The notes: generated by a model not told the origin, from the letters alone. Positions 32,122 through 41,796 are shown, numbered from the stretch's first letter. The stretch: DNA of 64,000 nt from an uncultured Actinomycetes bacterium (GCA_963841735.1 CAWJDT010000005.1:1-64000); one strand, 5' to 3'. Translations and numbers: made by a program.

Positions 32122-32859
32122 ATGAAAAGAGGCGTGTTAGGTTCTGTTGCCCTAGTGTCCATGTTGGTGTTCTCATTCATCTTCCTCACTGCCCCGACCC
32201 TGGCCGAATCAGAGTACAGCTGGTTCGAGATCACTGCTCCAATCGAGGGCTCAGCCTTTGCCCTTGGGCAACCAGTCACCATCCAATGGACAGGTGGAGA
32301 TCCGTCATGGACAGTGGATGTGCAACTGTGTGATGTGACCATGTGGACAGTAGCCGCACAGGCGGCGTGGAGCGTCCCCAACAACGGCTCGTTCGAATGG
32401 ACGTTCCCAACGGCCATGCCGGAGTACCTGGGAGGCCCCGACGGGCATGTATACCAGTTCTACGTTCAGAACGTCCAGCGAACCATGTGGACTTACGGTC
32501 CGTGTTTCACTATCTCCAGCGGAACGTCGGTCGCTATCGACATCAAGCCGGGCAGCGCAACGAATAGCATCAATCTAAAGAGCAAGGGCAGGACCCCCGT
32601 GGCCATCCTGACGAACGACTCCTTTGATGCCGCCACAGTGGACCCGACAACAGTACGGTTCGGCGCAACTGGCACCGAGGCCGCCCCGGTACACTCTGCC
32701 CTGGAGGATGTCGATGGAGACGGAGACATCGACATGATCCTCCACTTCGACACCCAGGATACTGGCATCCAGGCTGGAGACACCTGTGCCTATCTCAAGG
32801 GGACAACCTCTGGTGGGCAGTCGATTGAGGGATCCGACTCCGTTAGGACACTGGGGTAA
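32122..32859 (+). CDS. Secreted protein: Ig-like N-domain + IDIKPGS..N.IN..SKG..PVAIL domain with a DxDGDG Ca-binding motif
   Basis: Signal peptide and motifs visible in the translation. Confidence 0.8.
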   Translation: MKRGVLGSVALVSMLVFSFIFLTAPTLAESEYSWFEITAPIEGSAFALGQPVTIQWTGGDPSWTVDVQLCDVTMWTVAAQAAWSVPNNGSFEWTFPTAMPEYLGGPDGHVYQFYVQNVQRTMWTYGPCFTISSGTSVAIDIKPGSATNSINLKSKGRTPVAILTNDSFDAATVDPTTVRFGATGTEAAPVHSALEDVDGDGDIDMILHFDTQDTGIQAGDTCAYLKGTTSGGQSIEGSDSVRTLG

Positions 32860-32914
32860 CAGACAGACGGTTGCCGTCGGCCACGAACCTGCCGACGTCA
32901 GGTCGCAAACACAT

Positions 32915-32942
32915 GCAGCCGACGCGCTCGGGCGTCGGCTGC
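32915..32942. terminator. 11 bp perfect stem-loop after the cargo gene, next to the lepA duplicate
   Basis: GCAGCCGACGC-gctcgg-GCGTCGGCTGC; no U-tract. Confidence 0.55.
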
Positions 32943-32944
32943 CC

Positions 32945-33206
32945 CCTCGTAGGTGAAGTCCACGTGGCCCGGGGTGTCGATGAGGTTGAACTGGTATTCC
33001 TGGCCGTCTTCGGCGTGGTAGTAGATGCGGACGGCCTGGGCCTTGATGGTGATGCCCCGCTCGCGCTCCAGGTCCATGCGGTCGAGCACCTGCTCGCGCA
33101 TGTCGCGCTCGGCGACGGTGTTGGTCATCTGTAGGATGCGGTCGGCCAGCGTCGACTTCCCGTGGTCGATGTGGGCGATGATGCTGAAGTTGCGGATGTC
33201 ACTCAC
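32945..33206 (-). pseudogene. lepA: Duplicated 5' end of lepA (~255 bp, 3 mismatches vs 31370-31624) with a possible alternative start VSDIRNFS
   Basis: Direct alignment; GTG at 33206 with GAGG just upstream. Confidence 0.95.
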
Positions 33207-33407
33207 TTCCTCGATGCCGTCGAGACCGCGCTGGCCGCTGCAGTCGACAGCCCAGCAGCCTTTCCGATAGAGCTGGGCGAGACACGCAAGCGCGTCGTCA
33301 GCCGATTCCCGTACTCGATCTTGTACTGGTTCGATGATTCGGCAGTCCATGTCTCGGCTATCGCGCACCACAGACAGCGCCCCGGCTACTGGGGCGAGGG
33401 CGGGTAG
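33201..33407 (+). pseudogene. 5'-truncated RelE/ParE-family toxin
   Basis: FLDAVE.A......P..FP......[14 protein letters not shown]......[12 protein letters not shown]. Confidence 0.75.
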
Positions 33408-33866
33408 GCGCCGGGTGCCTAACAAGGGCATGGAGTAGGACGTCAGAAGGCACGCCCCACCAAAGAATCGCACTCTGCAGCTGCGTGCTCGCCCTGACCG
33501 TCCGTTCCATCCGGTTGTCAATTGCCAACTCACTGACTACGGCGTAGAGTTGACGGAGGCAGCGGCCTTGGCTAGGAACAGACACCCGAACCCGCGCATA
33601 GAGGCGGCGTCCAGTACGCCGAACATCGCGGGTGGCGCGTGGAACCATCAGGCAGAAGCTCTCACGCTTGGGGGCGGCTCTACTGCCCACACGAAGATCA
33701 TGCGGAGCAGTGCCGGTGCGGCGAGTTCTGCATCACCAGCATCAGCGGCACGCCGAGGAATCCGGAGACTCACGCGAGAGGAGATCCGGGCACTGCTGGC
33801 CTAGAATGGGTGCCGATGCGTACCTCGCGCCGCGTCTTGAGTTCATCGTGAGTCACCTGCACCGTG

Positions 33867-35159
33867 TTACTTGAGCGCGTAGATGTACCCATCCCCGCAG
33901 CTCACGTAGAGGACCCCGTCCAGCGGAACCGGCTCACCGCAGGCTTCAGAGCCTGCCTTCGCCACCCACTTCTGCTTCCCGGTGACGCCATCGACCGCGT
34001 ACACGGAGCCGTGGATTCCGCCGATGTACACGACACCAGCCGAGACAACCGGCGAGGACCAGAGGCCCTCCTCGGCGGGTTTGAACTCCCACTTCTTCTT
34101 GCCGGTCGCTGCATCGATCGCCAAGAGACGGCTCTGGACGACGTACACCACCCCGTTCCACACAGCGGGAGTGATTGTCGTCCAGGCCTGGTCGTCTATC
34201 TTGAGTTTCCACTTCTCTTCGCCGGCGGCGGTGTCGAGCGCGTGCACAACGCCATCGTCTGTTACAAAGTAGACGGCACCACCCACGATCGCGGGGGAGG
34301 CTCCCTGGGCCAGGTACCGGTCATTCAGGCCCACCTTCCAGACCTCGCGACCGCCGCCGAGGTCCACAGCCCGGAACACGGCAGGCCCCGCGCCGAAACA
34401 CCCCAAGTCGCCTGAGATGGCGAAATCACTCTCTATGCCTGCTCCCTCGAGTTTCCATTTCTCGCTACCAGTCTGCGGGTCGACGGCATGAAGACAGCCG
34501 TCTGTGGTTCCATAGTAGAGGGTGCCGTTGTAGACGACGGGCGAGGCGCAGAGCGTGTCGAATTCCCTTATCCTCCACCTCTCCACACCCGTGCTTGCGT
34601 CGATGGCGTACAAAAATCCGATCGTGTCGTAGCAATAGATGCTCCCGCCGGCGATGGTCGGAGAACCACCGACTTCAAAATCGGCTTGGTACTTCCACCT
34701 CTCCTCGCCGGTGGCGACATCTACAGCGTAGAGATACTTCGAGCCGGCGAAGTAGGCCGTTCCTCCCCAGATGGTGGGGGGATCGCCAGGCAGATCGAGG
34801 ATGGTATCGCCCCACTTGACCTTCCATAGGATCTGGGGCTCATCTGCGGGGCCCGGCCCCACGTATACCCCAGAGCGCGCGAGGTCGCCTCGCTCGTACA
34901 CGATGTTCGATGATTGCTCGACCGTGGTGGAGGTCGAGTTCGTTGTTGGGGAGACGGCGGCTCCAGTGGTTGAAGTCACCGCCGCCGTCGAAGTCACCAC
35001 GGTTGTCGCCGAGAGGGCCGTGGAGGTGGCCCCGCCGGCGCCTTCTTCTCCCCCGCACGCGGCCGCCACGAAGCCGACGGCTGCAAGAAGGAAAACTGCG
35101 AGCACTGCGAGGCACACAAGAGGCCGGGTCGCGGACAGGCGGGCAAAAACGGGCTTCAT
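33867..35159 (-). CDS. PQQ/BamB-like beta-propeller lipoprotein
   Basis: Lipobox AAAC, Thr stalk, repeated LYAVD..TGEE.WK and SP.V..G.VY. Confidence 0.9.
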   Translation of the reverse strand: MKPVFARLSATRPLVCLAVLAVFLLAAVGFVAAACGGEEGAGGATSTALSATTVVTSTAAVTSTTGAAVSPTTNSTSTTVEQSSNIVYERGDLARSGVYVGPGPADEPQILWKVKWGDTILDLPGDPPTIWGGTAYFAGSKYLYAVDVATGEERWKYQADFEVGGSPTIAGGSIYCYDTIGFLYAIDASTGVERWRIREFDTLCASPVVYNGTLYYGTTDGCLHAVDPQTGSEKWKLEGAGIESDFAISGDLGCFGAGPAVFRAVDLGGGREVWKVGLNDRYLAQGASPAIVGGAVYFVTDDGVVHALDTAAGEEKWKLKIDDQAWTTITPAVWNGVVYVVQSRLLAIDAATGKKKWEFKPAEEGLWSSPVVSAGVVYIGGIHGSVYAVDGVTGKQKWVAKAGSEACGEPVPLDGVLYVSCGDGYIYALK

Positions 35160-35459
35160 CTCACCGGCACCTCCTGACGGGCAACACTGGCCCCCGATGA
35201 ACCAAGAAACGCGCTCGAGGAATGGCCTCAGTATAGCTCTGCGGGCTCGGCAGGCATGATTGGCCGCTGGAGTGTGGAAAGCAGCCGATAGCGCCTTTGG
35301 GCCGGCGGTGGTCGGCGCCCGGAGCGGAGGGGGAATGTAAGTTCAACTTTGAAGCGCACCGATGAGATGAATGACGAAGCAGCAGAAAGGCGTTACTCAG
35401 ACATCTACCTAGGACTAAGATGAGGACCAGACCAGAACCAGACCGAGAGGAGACAAGAC

Positions 35460-36038
35460 ATGCCGAACGCGGTTTTCGATCCAGGCAAGATCAAGTCGCC
35501 CTATGGAGTCTTGGCCGCCTTTCTCCTCGTGCTGCAGGCGATTCTTATCTATTGGCTGGCAGTAGCCGGCTCGCCCTGGGAGCGCATAGCCGCTGGGGTA
35601 GTACTCACGGCAAACGCCGCCTTCTTCTTCGTTGCGACGCTCAAGGTCGCACGCATGCCGGTAAGCGAGGTCAGCACAGATATTGAGCTCGCCCGCAAGC
35701 TCTGTGGCCGCTGGGTCTACTCATCGGAGGCCGCCTCGGGAGAAACCGCTTCCGGCGAATGCACCATCTCTCTGCGAGGGGGCGAGCTCAACCTATCGGG
35801 CACGTATCGACTGGATGGCGCTCTAGTGGGGACGTGGATCGCGGAAATGACACGACTCAGAGAGAGCCGAATACTCTTCTACTACATGCTTCGCGAAACA
35901 ACCGCGGGGCACGGCCTCACAGATGCGGTCTCCGTCCTGTTGTTCGATCCGGAGAACCTTAGCGAGATGCTTGGTGACTGGATCGTTGTGGGCAAGGAGA
36001 AGCGTCAAGGCAGCGTGCGGTTCAGCAGGACTCCCTAG
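35460..36038 (+). CDS. 2-TM + beta-strand-rich protein (Cap15/SMODS 2TM-beta-like architecture)
   Basis: Two TM helices then L.GRW...G...I...LFYY...LGDW....GSVRFSR; GAGGAG RBS. Confidence 0.6.
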   Translation: MPNAVFDPGKIKSPYGVLAAFLLVLQAILIYWLAVAGSPWERIAAGVVLTANAAFFFVATLKVARMPVSEVSTDIELARKLCGRWVYSSEAASGETASGECTISLRGGELNLSGTYRLDGALVGTWIAEMTRLRESRILFYYMLRETTAGHGLTDAVSVLLFDPENLSEMLGDWIVVGKEKRQGSVRFSRTP

Positions 36039-36254
36039 CCCGGCGGGGGGCGAAGCGACCCCTCCTACAGTAAGCGGACCGTGGTTCCCAGTCTGGAAGC
36101 GCATGCCCACGTCGGAACACTCGCCGGGTCACGGCATCCCGGTGGCCTGCGAATGCTTCGAGGCCGTACTAGGCGGCGATTACACCACGGAGTAGCATGG
36201 GGCCAGTCATGCAGACTGCGTATTGACTGCCGGGCGCAAGGAGGCGACGGGCAA

Positions 36255-36923
36255 ATGGGAGACATCCATATCGCCGTTTGGAAAGGGGACATCGAGGAGG
36301 TCGAGGAACTCCTGCGGCAAGATCCCAGCTCAGTGTCTGACAAGGACGACCTTGGAAGAGAGCCACTACACGAATCCGCGTTGAGAAACTCAGAAGAGAT
36401 CACCAAGCTGCTGCTTGAGCACGGTGCTAATCCGAACGCAAGGGACGAGCACGACAGAACACCGCTGATTGAAGCTGCATCGACAGGCTCTTGTGAAGTC
36501 ATCGAACTGCTGAAGGACGCTGGTGCCAATCTGGCGGCCAAGGATAACCAGGAGGGACGGACCGCGCTGTTGTGGGCTGCCTATCACCTCCAACCTGGGG
36601 CAATCAGATCGCTGATCGCCAAGGGAGCGGATAAGGACGCAACCGACGAGGGCGGCCTGAATCTTCTTCACCTAATGGCGGTTTCGCCAGGGTTGGAGGC
36701 CCAAGACGAGACATCCGGGAGTAGCATCTATGTTGAGCAACTGGACAGCGCCCTGGAAGTAATTGGTGAGACGGCGATGGCAAGAATGTTGGCCAAACCG
36801 ACCAGCGATGGTAACGGAGCTGACTATCTCTTGCGGAAACGCGGTGTGTCATTTGTCCATGGCTACACACAGATCCGAGGAGGCAAAGCGGTGCCCATAC
36901 GGGCCCATTTCCGCAGGAAGTAG
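36255..36923 (+). CDS. Ankyrin-repeat protein
   Basis: G.EPLH..A, LLLEHGANPN, RTPL..AA, GRTAL.WAA. Confidence 0.88.
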   Translation: MGDIHIAVWKGDIEEVEELLRQDPSSVSDKDDLGREPLHESALRNSEEITKLLLEHGANPNARDEHDRTPLIEAASTGSCEVIELLKDAGANLAAKDNQEGRTALLWAAYHLQPGAIRSLIAKGADKDATDEGGLNLLHLMAVSPGLEAQDETSGSSIYVEQLDSALEVIGETAMARMLAKPTSDGNGADYLLRKRGVSFVHGYTQIRGGKAVPIRAHFRRK

Positions 36924-36999
36924 GGCCCAAATTTCGGCGCGAAGCCCTCGCCGATCCCTAGACCATCTACGAGCAAGCGCGCTTGACCAATTGTTGCTC

Positions 37000-38106
37000 T
37001 CACCGTCTGTCTTCGGGACTCCTTGTGCTTGTGCTCGCCGCAGAAGGGTTGGTCTGGGCAAACAGCCAGTCCCTTATCCCCTCTATCGAGTAGGCTTTGT
37101 CGAAGGTGCTCATGTGATCTCCGTTGGTGAGCACCGTGTACTTGACGTTGCTTCCCTGGGCAAGCATCTGGCTCACGTCGGTGGCGAATTCCGCAGCGGT
37201 TGAATCTCGAGACCAGGTGCCCGAACTGACTGTTGCGCCCGCATCCTTGAGCGTCTGCGTGATGGCGTTCATGCCCGGATAGGCCTTGCGATCACCTTCG
37301 GAAACGACTATCCAGAGATTATCACCGACCATTGGTGTCACCAGAGTCGCGTCCCACTGGCAACCTACCAGTAGCGAGGCCGCGAACATGCCCGGGTACT
37401 TGATGTCCATCGCGATCGACATCATGCCCCCCATGGACTGCCCCGTGTTATAGATCCTGTTGGGGTCGACGCTGTACTGGGTTTCGATGTACTTGACCAA
37501 GTCGACGGTTATGTCCAGGTACTCCGTGGCCTCGGAGGAGTCGTTGACCACCGGGGTCCCCGTGTCGTACTGAGGAACGACCACGATACATTCGTGCTTG
37601 GCCTGTTCGGCGGGCGTCGCCCAGATGGTGGCGCCGTAGGCCGAGGTCAAGGTCTTCGTCGGATCAGAGCCTATGAGACTCGAATCGCCCATGAACAGTA
37701 CCAGCGGGTATGATCTGGAGGCGTCGTAGCCGGCGGGCACGTAGATGCTGTACATAAGCGTCTCGTTGTTGTAGGCAGAATCCGTGAATGTCGCTTGCTG
37801 GTAGCTGGCGATCACCGCGTCCATATCGACGCTTGCCGCCGCGCTGGTGCCGTCCGTCGTGGAGGCGGCGTCGTCACCACTCGTGGTAAAGGTAGTGCTC
37901 TCTATGGGGCCGGTGGGCTCGATCGTGTTCTCGTCCTGCACGGTGGTTGCCGTCTGCGATCCTCCGCAGGCAGCCGTCAATTTGACTGCGAACGATAGCA
38001 CGGCCAGGAATGGCAGAGGTAAGGCAACGGCAGGAAGCCACGGCGGGTGGTGCTCCATTTTCGATGGTATTGTGCGTCTCCACAAGCAGGCGCGAATCGC
38101 GCTCAT
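37000..38106 (-). CDS. Alpha/beta-hydrolase (predicted esterase/peptidase) lipoprotein; true start probably further downstream
   Basis: AACG, YPLVLF, VDPNRIY.TGQSMGG. Confidence 0.8.
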   Translation of the reverse strand: MSAIRACLWRRTIPSKMEHHPPWLPAVALPLPFLAVLSFAVKLTAACGGSQTATTVQDENTIEPTGPIESTTFTTSGDDAASTTDGTSAAASVDMDAVIASYQQATFTDSAYNNETLMYSIYVPAGYDASRSYPLVLFMGDSSLIGSDPTKTLTSAYGATIWATPAEQAKHECIVVVPQYDTGTPVVNDSSEATEYLDITVDLVKYIETQYSVDPNRIYNTGQSMGGMMSIAMDIKYPGMFAASLLVGCQWDATLVTPMVGDNLWIVVSEGDRKAYPGMNAITQTLKDAGATVSSGTWSRDSTAAEFATDVSQMLAQGSNVKYTVLTNGDHMSTFDKAYSIEGIRDWLFAQTNPSAASTSTRSPEDRR

Positions 38107-38154
38107 TGCAGCGAGTCCGACCGTGCCGAGGGGCCAGACGACAGGAGCACAAGA

Positions 38155-38979
38155 ATGCCGGACATCATCATCGACGAAGCGCTCTGCACCCGCTGCGACA
38201 TCTGCGGCGCGAACTGCATCATGGGCAGAATCGAAAGAGCTACGGATTCAAGCTTTCCCACCATTCGCGAAGGCTTTGAGGCCAGATGCATGAGGTGCGG
38301 GCATTGTGAGTCCTTTTGCCCACAGCGAGCGCTGACACTGGACTTTCTGCCCAAAGAGAAGCTCCTTGCCAAGCCCCAAGACGGTCAAATCGACGCGGAG
38401 CGACTTTCTCTATACATGAAGCAGCGCCGCTCGGTGCGGCACTTTACGGCGCGGCCGGTTTCCAAGGAACTCATCGCTGAGGTCATCGACGTGGCCCGGT
38501 ACGCCGCCTCGGGCGGAAACAGTCAGCCGGTGGAATGGCTCGTGATTCTGGATCCTGCCCAGGTCAAGCGCATATCCGGGCTCACCATCGATTGGATGCG
38601 CACAATCCTAGACACGCCCCATCCGCTTGCGGCCTATGTCCCGGCGCTCATTGGCATGTGGGATGGCGGCGTGGATCCTATCTGCTATGACGCTCCCCAT
38701 CTTGTGTTCACGCATCTGCCGCGCACTGAGCACCATGACGACCCCACCGACGCCATCATCGCCATGACGTACTTCGATGTGGCCGCGCCTTCGTTTGGCA
38801 TCGGCACCTGCTGGGCCGGCTTCGTCAAGCTGGCCGTGGACGCGTACCAGCCCCTGCAAGATGCACTTGCTTTGCCACAAGGGCGCAAAGCCGCCACCGC
38901 GATGATGCTCGGCTACCCGCGCTACGCGGTAACCTCTATCCCACGCCGCAACCCGGCGAGTGTCACGTGGCGCATATGA
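38155..38979 (+). CDS. Nitroreductase-family protein with N-terminal 2x[4Fe-4S] ferredoxin domain
   Basis: CTRCDIC...C, CMRCGHC...CP, RRSVR.F, SGGN.QP, GIGTCWAG. Confidence 0.92.
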   Translation: MPDIIIDEALCTRCDICGANCIMGRIERATDSSFPTIREGFEARCMRCGHCESFCPQRALTLDFLPKEKLLAKPQDGQIDAERLSLYMKQRRSVRHFTARPVSKELIAEVIDVARYAASGGNSQPVEWLVILDPAQVKRISGLTIDWMRTILDTPHPLAAYVPALIGMWDGGVDPICYDAPHLVFTHLPRTEHHDDPTDAIIAMTYFDVAAPSFGIGTCWAGFVKLAVDAYQPLQDALALPQGRKAATAMMLGYPRYAVTSIPRRNPASVTWRI

Positions 38980-39575
38980 CGCGTCGGTGCCTTTGCCGCC
39001 TGTCCGCGGGCGGCGCTGCTCTTGCCCTCGCTCTGGCGGTTCTGACCCTTTCGGCCTGCGGCGAAAACCTGCCTGGCGCCACCTCCACCAGTGAAACCCA
39101 GACGCCCCCTACCACCGCCGGTAGATCTACTCCAATCACGGCACCCACCACCACGGCCCCGGCCCTCCCGGCCACTGTCAGAGACGAGAGCTGGAACCTG
39201 GAATTCACCATCGAACTTGCCGTACCCGACACATACTCTTTCGGCGGCTTTGGCAACCTGCTCTTGCACATCGACGGCGACAAAGTGCGCGCCACCGGGG
39301 TCATCACAATCGGAGACAGCACCTACAGTGAGTTCGTGTTCGACGGGGTGCTCGACGGCGGTCTGTTCACTCTGCTGACTACGGAGTTCCCGGTCGAGCC
39401 CGGCTATGGCGATGATGTGGGCACGGAGGGCGTCACCCTGGTCTTGCCTCCCTTTGCGTTCACAGGCGACACAGCGCGGGCCACGGGCGGTCTTGTAATC
39501 GTCACAAAGCCCTGGGCGCCGACAAAATCGGGGACTTTCACCATCGTCCTATGTAGAGGCACCCAGAACCGATAA
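38976..39575 (+). CDS. Hypothetical beta-rich lipoprotein
   Basis: Lipobox LSAC, Thr/Pro stalk; ATGA overlap with the upstream gene. Confidence 0.7.
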   Translation: MTRRCLCRLSAGGAALALALAVLTLSACGENLPGATSTSETQTPPTTAGRSTPITAPTTTAPALPATVRDESWNLEFTIELAVPDTYSFGGFGNLLLHIDGDKVRATGVITIGDSTYSEFVFDGVLDGGLFTLLTTEFPVEPGYGDDVGTEGVTLVLPPFAFTGDTARATGGLVIVTKPWAPTKSGTFTIVLCRGTQNR

Positions 39576-39672
39576 TCGCGACCGCAGAGATGAGCACGAG
39601 TTCCACTGGACACCCGCACCGGCAAGTAATAGAGTCCCTACTGTGACTATCACACCCGTGGTGGGAGGATCG

Positions 39673-40488
39673 ATGAAGCTGGGACTCTTTGGCTGTCTGA
39701 GCGCTTGTCTGTGCATCATGGCCGCCTCTTGCAGTTCCCTAGAAACCAACGAGAACACAGTTACGAACGCGCAAGACACGGTCAGCGCCATCGCCAACGT
39801 GCAACCTTCAGGAATACCCGACCACTTTGTTCCTGATGAACCGGCGCATATTGCCAGGGCTGCGGGCGACTGGGATGTCAACGCATACTTGGGCGCGCTT
39901 ACCCACCTATCGGTGGAGCCTGGCTACATCATCGACTACTTCTACATGTTCGAAGGCGGGGGCGGACACCCGTTCGTCTACGCACGGCCGGCAGACAAAT
40001 CACCGTACGCTTCCTTCGAGGAGTATCTGGCAAACGTTCCCAGTGACGCTCCAGACTCGGCCGGTGAGACCGAATACGCGAATGAGTACCTGGATCACAT
40101 CAAGATAGACGATACGCGCGAGGGCTACTTCGAATTCGTCGCGCTCAGGCTCATGGACGATCAGTTCTACCAGTACTGGCACGCGGCATACAACGACGCG
40201 ACCATCGTCTGCGACGCTGACGGTCTGCAGCGGACGCTCTCGGCCGCCGATAGTGCTTTCGAAGGCAGCGGCGTTCCCGGCAGCGTGCGTAGGGCGGCCG
40301 CCAAGATAGACCTCGCCCCCACTGTCGAGTTCCTCGACGAGGCAACAGCACTGGTAAGGTTAGTGATCTTCAGCAAGTGGGGCGGTTTCGCAGAACTCCG
40401 GTACACCATAAGTCGGGACTTTCCGCATTCGATAATCAACTCCGAAACGCAAATGCTGGTGGAATACGATTGCGGCGCGTCGTTTTGA
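39673..40488 (+). CDS. Hypothetical lipoprotein
   Basis: GGAGG RBS, lipobox AASC. Confidence 0.75.
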   Translation: MKLGLFGCLSACLCIMAASCSSLETNENTVTNAQDTVSAIANVQPSGIPDHFVPDEPAHIARAAGDWDVNAYLGALTHLSVEPGYIIDYFYMFEGGGGHPFVYARPADKSPYASFEEYLANVPSDAPDSAGETEYANEYLDHIKIDDTREGYFEFVALRLMDDQFYQYWHAAYNDATIVCDADGLQRTLSAADSAFEGSGVPGSVRRAAAKIDLAPTVEFLDEATALVRLVIFSKWGGFAELRYTISRDFPHSIINSETQMLVEYDCGASF

Positions 40489-40663
40489 TAGGAAAGCCCG
40501 CGGAAACACGAACTCCACCCCGAAACGCGCGAGAAACACTAGGCTTCCCTAAGCGCCAAAGACCTGAGACAATATATCGGTAACTGTTCCACTCGGGGTC
40601 GTGGACTCCGAGGTTTGAAGACAGCAAACTTAGAAAGCAGCCGTCACGAAAGGGAGAACGAAC

Positions 40664-41707
40664 GTGATTATCGACATCAACATGCACCATCTTCCCCAGA
40701 ATCTGTTCAGTGACGAAAAGATCCTGGACGGCTTCTTGAGCACGGCCCCCCGCGGCCAACACGAGATCGCCTATATGGGCACCGTAGAGTCGGGCAAGAA
40801 GCAGCTGATTCTTGAGAAGCCCAAGGGCTACCAGAACCTCAACTACGTGGAGGGCGACTACTCCCTCGAGACCAAGCTCAAAGCCATGGATGAGAACGGC
40901 GTGGACATCGCGATTTTGCGCGTACCTGTCTGGCAGGAATGGCTTCGCCTGGAGACCTGCAAACTCGTCAACGACGAATCGGCCGACATGTGCAAGCGCT
41001 CCAACGGCCGCCTCTACGGCACCGCCTGCCTCCCCCCCTGGGGCGGCAAAGAGAACCTCTACGAACTAGAGCGTTGCATCAAGGACCTCGGCATGGTCGC
41101 CGTCCAGGTTGCCTGCCACTACGGCCAGCTCTACCTTGACGACGAGGCCTTCAAGCCATACCTCAAGGTCCTCAACGACATGAAAGTCCCGGTCATCGTG
41201 CATCACACGCCGCTACCGGTGCATTACCAGTCGGTCATCGACTGGACCAACCTGCGCCGCGAGATGGGCCGCATCATGGACCAGATGACCGCCGTCGGCC
41301 GCGAGCTCTTTAGCGGCATGTTCGACGAGTTCCCCGACCTCAAGTTCACCCACACCATGTTCGGCGGCAACTGGTTCGCCAACCAGAAGCTCATGACCCC
41401 CAAGAAGGGTGTGAAGAAGGAAGCCATGCTGCGCCTGGACATGAGCGAGGGCGAGCGGATCAGCAAGTACCTGGAGAACAACCTCTTCTTCGATACCACC
41501 CACCCGGCCTCGTGGGGCAAGGACCAGGTGGAGTGCGCCATCAAGGTGTCCGGCGCCGACCACATCCTGTTCGGCAGTTCGTTCCCGGTGTTCTACAACT
41601 GGATGAGCGACGGTGTGGAGTTCATGAAAACCCTGGACATCACCGAAGAGCAGCGCACGGCTATCATGAGCGGCAACGCTATCAAGATGTTCAACCTCAA
41701 GGTCTAA
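40664..41707 (+). CDS. Amidohydrolase_2 family protein with atypical metal motifs
   Basis: MIID.N.H, MDENGVD, PVIVH, FPDLKF..H, ILFGSSFP, GNA.K.F. Confidence 0.85.
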   Translation: MIIDINMHHLPQNLFSDEKILDGFLSTAPRGQHEIAYMGTVESGKKQLILEKPKGYQNLNYVEGDYSLETKLKAMDENGVDIAILRVPVWQEWLRLETCKLVNDESADMCKRSNGRLYGTACLPPWGGKENLYELERCIKDLGMVAVQVACHYGQLYLDDEAFKPYLKVLNDMKVPVIVHHTPLPVHYQSVIDWTNLRREMGRIMDQMTAVGRELFSGMFDEFPDLKFTHTMFGGNWFANQKLMTPKKGVKKEAMLRLDMSEGERISKYLENNLFFDTTHPASWGKDQVECAIKVSGADHILFGSSFPVFYNWMSDGVEFMKTLDITEEQRTAIMSGNAIKMFNLKV

Positions 41708-41736
41708 GTAGCAGACGAACAGTCTCAAAGTCCTTG

Positions 41737-41777
41737 GCGCCCAGGATAGCCTCGTGCAGCATGGCTATCCTGGGCGC
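41737..41777 (+). terminator. 15 bp perfect stem-loop downstream of the amidohydrolase
   Basis: GCGCCCAGGATAGCC...GGCTATCCTGGGCGC. Confidence 0.75.
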
Positions 41778-41796
41778 TTCCTAAAGTCTGGGTCCG

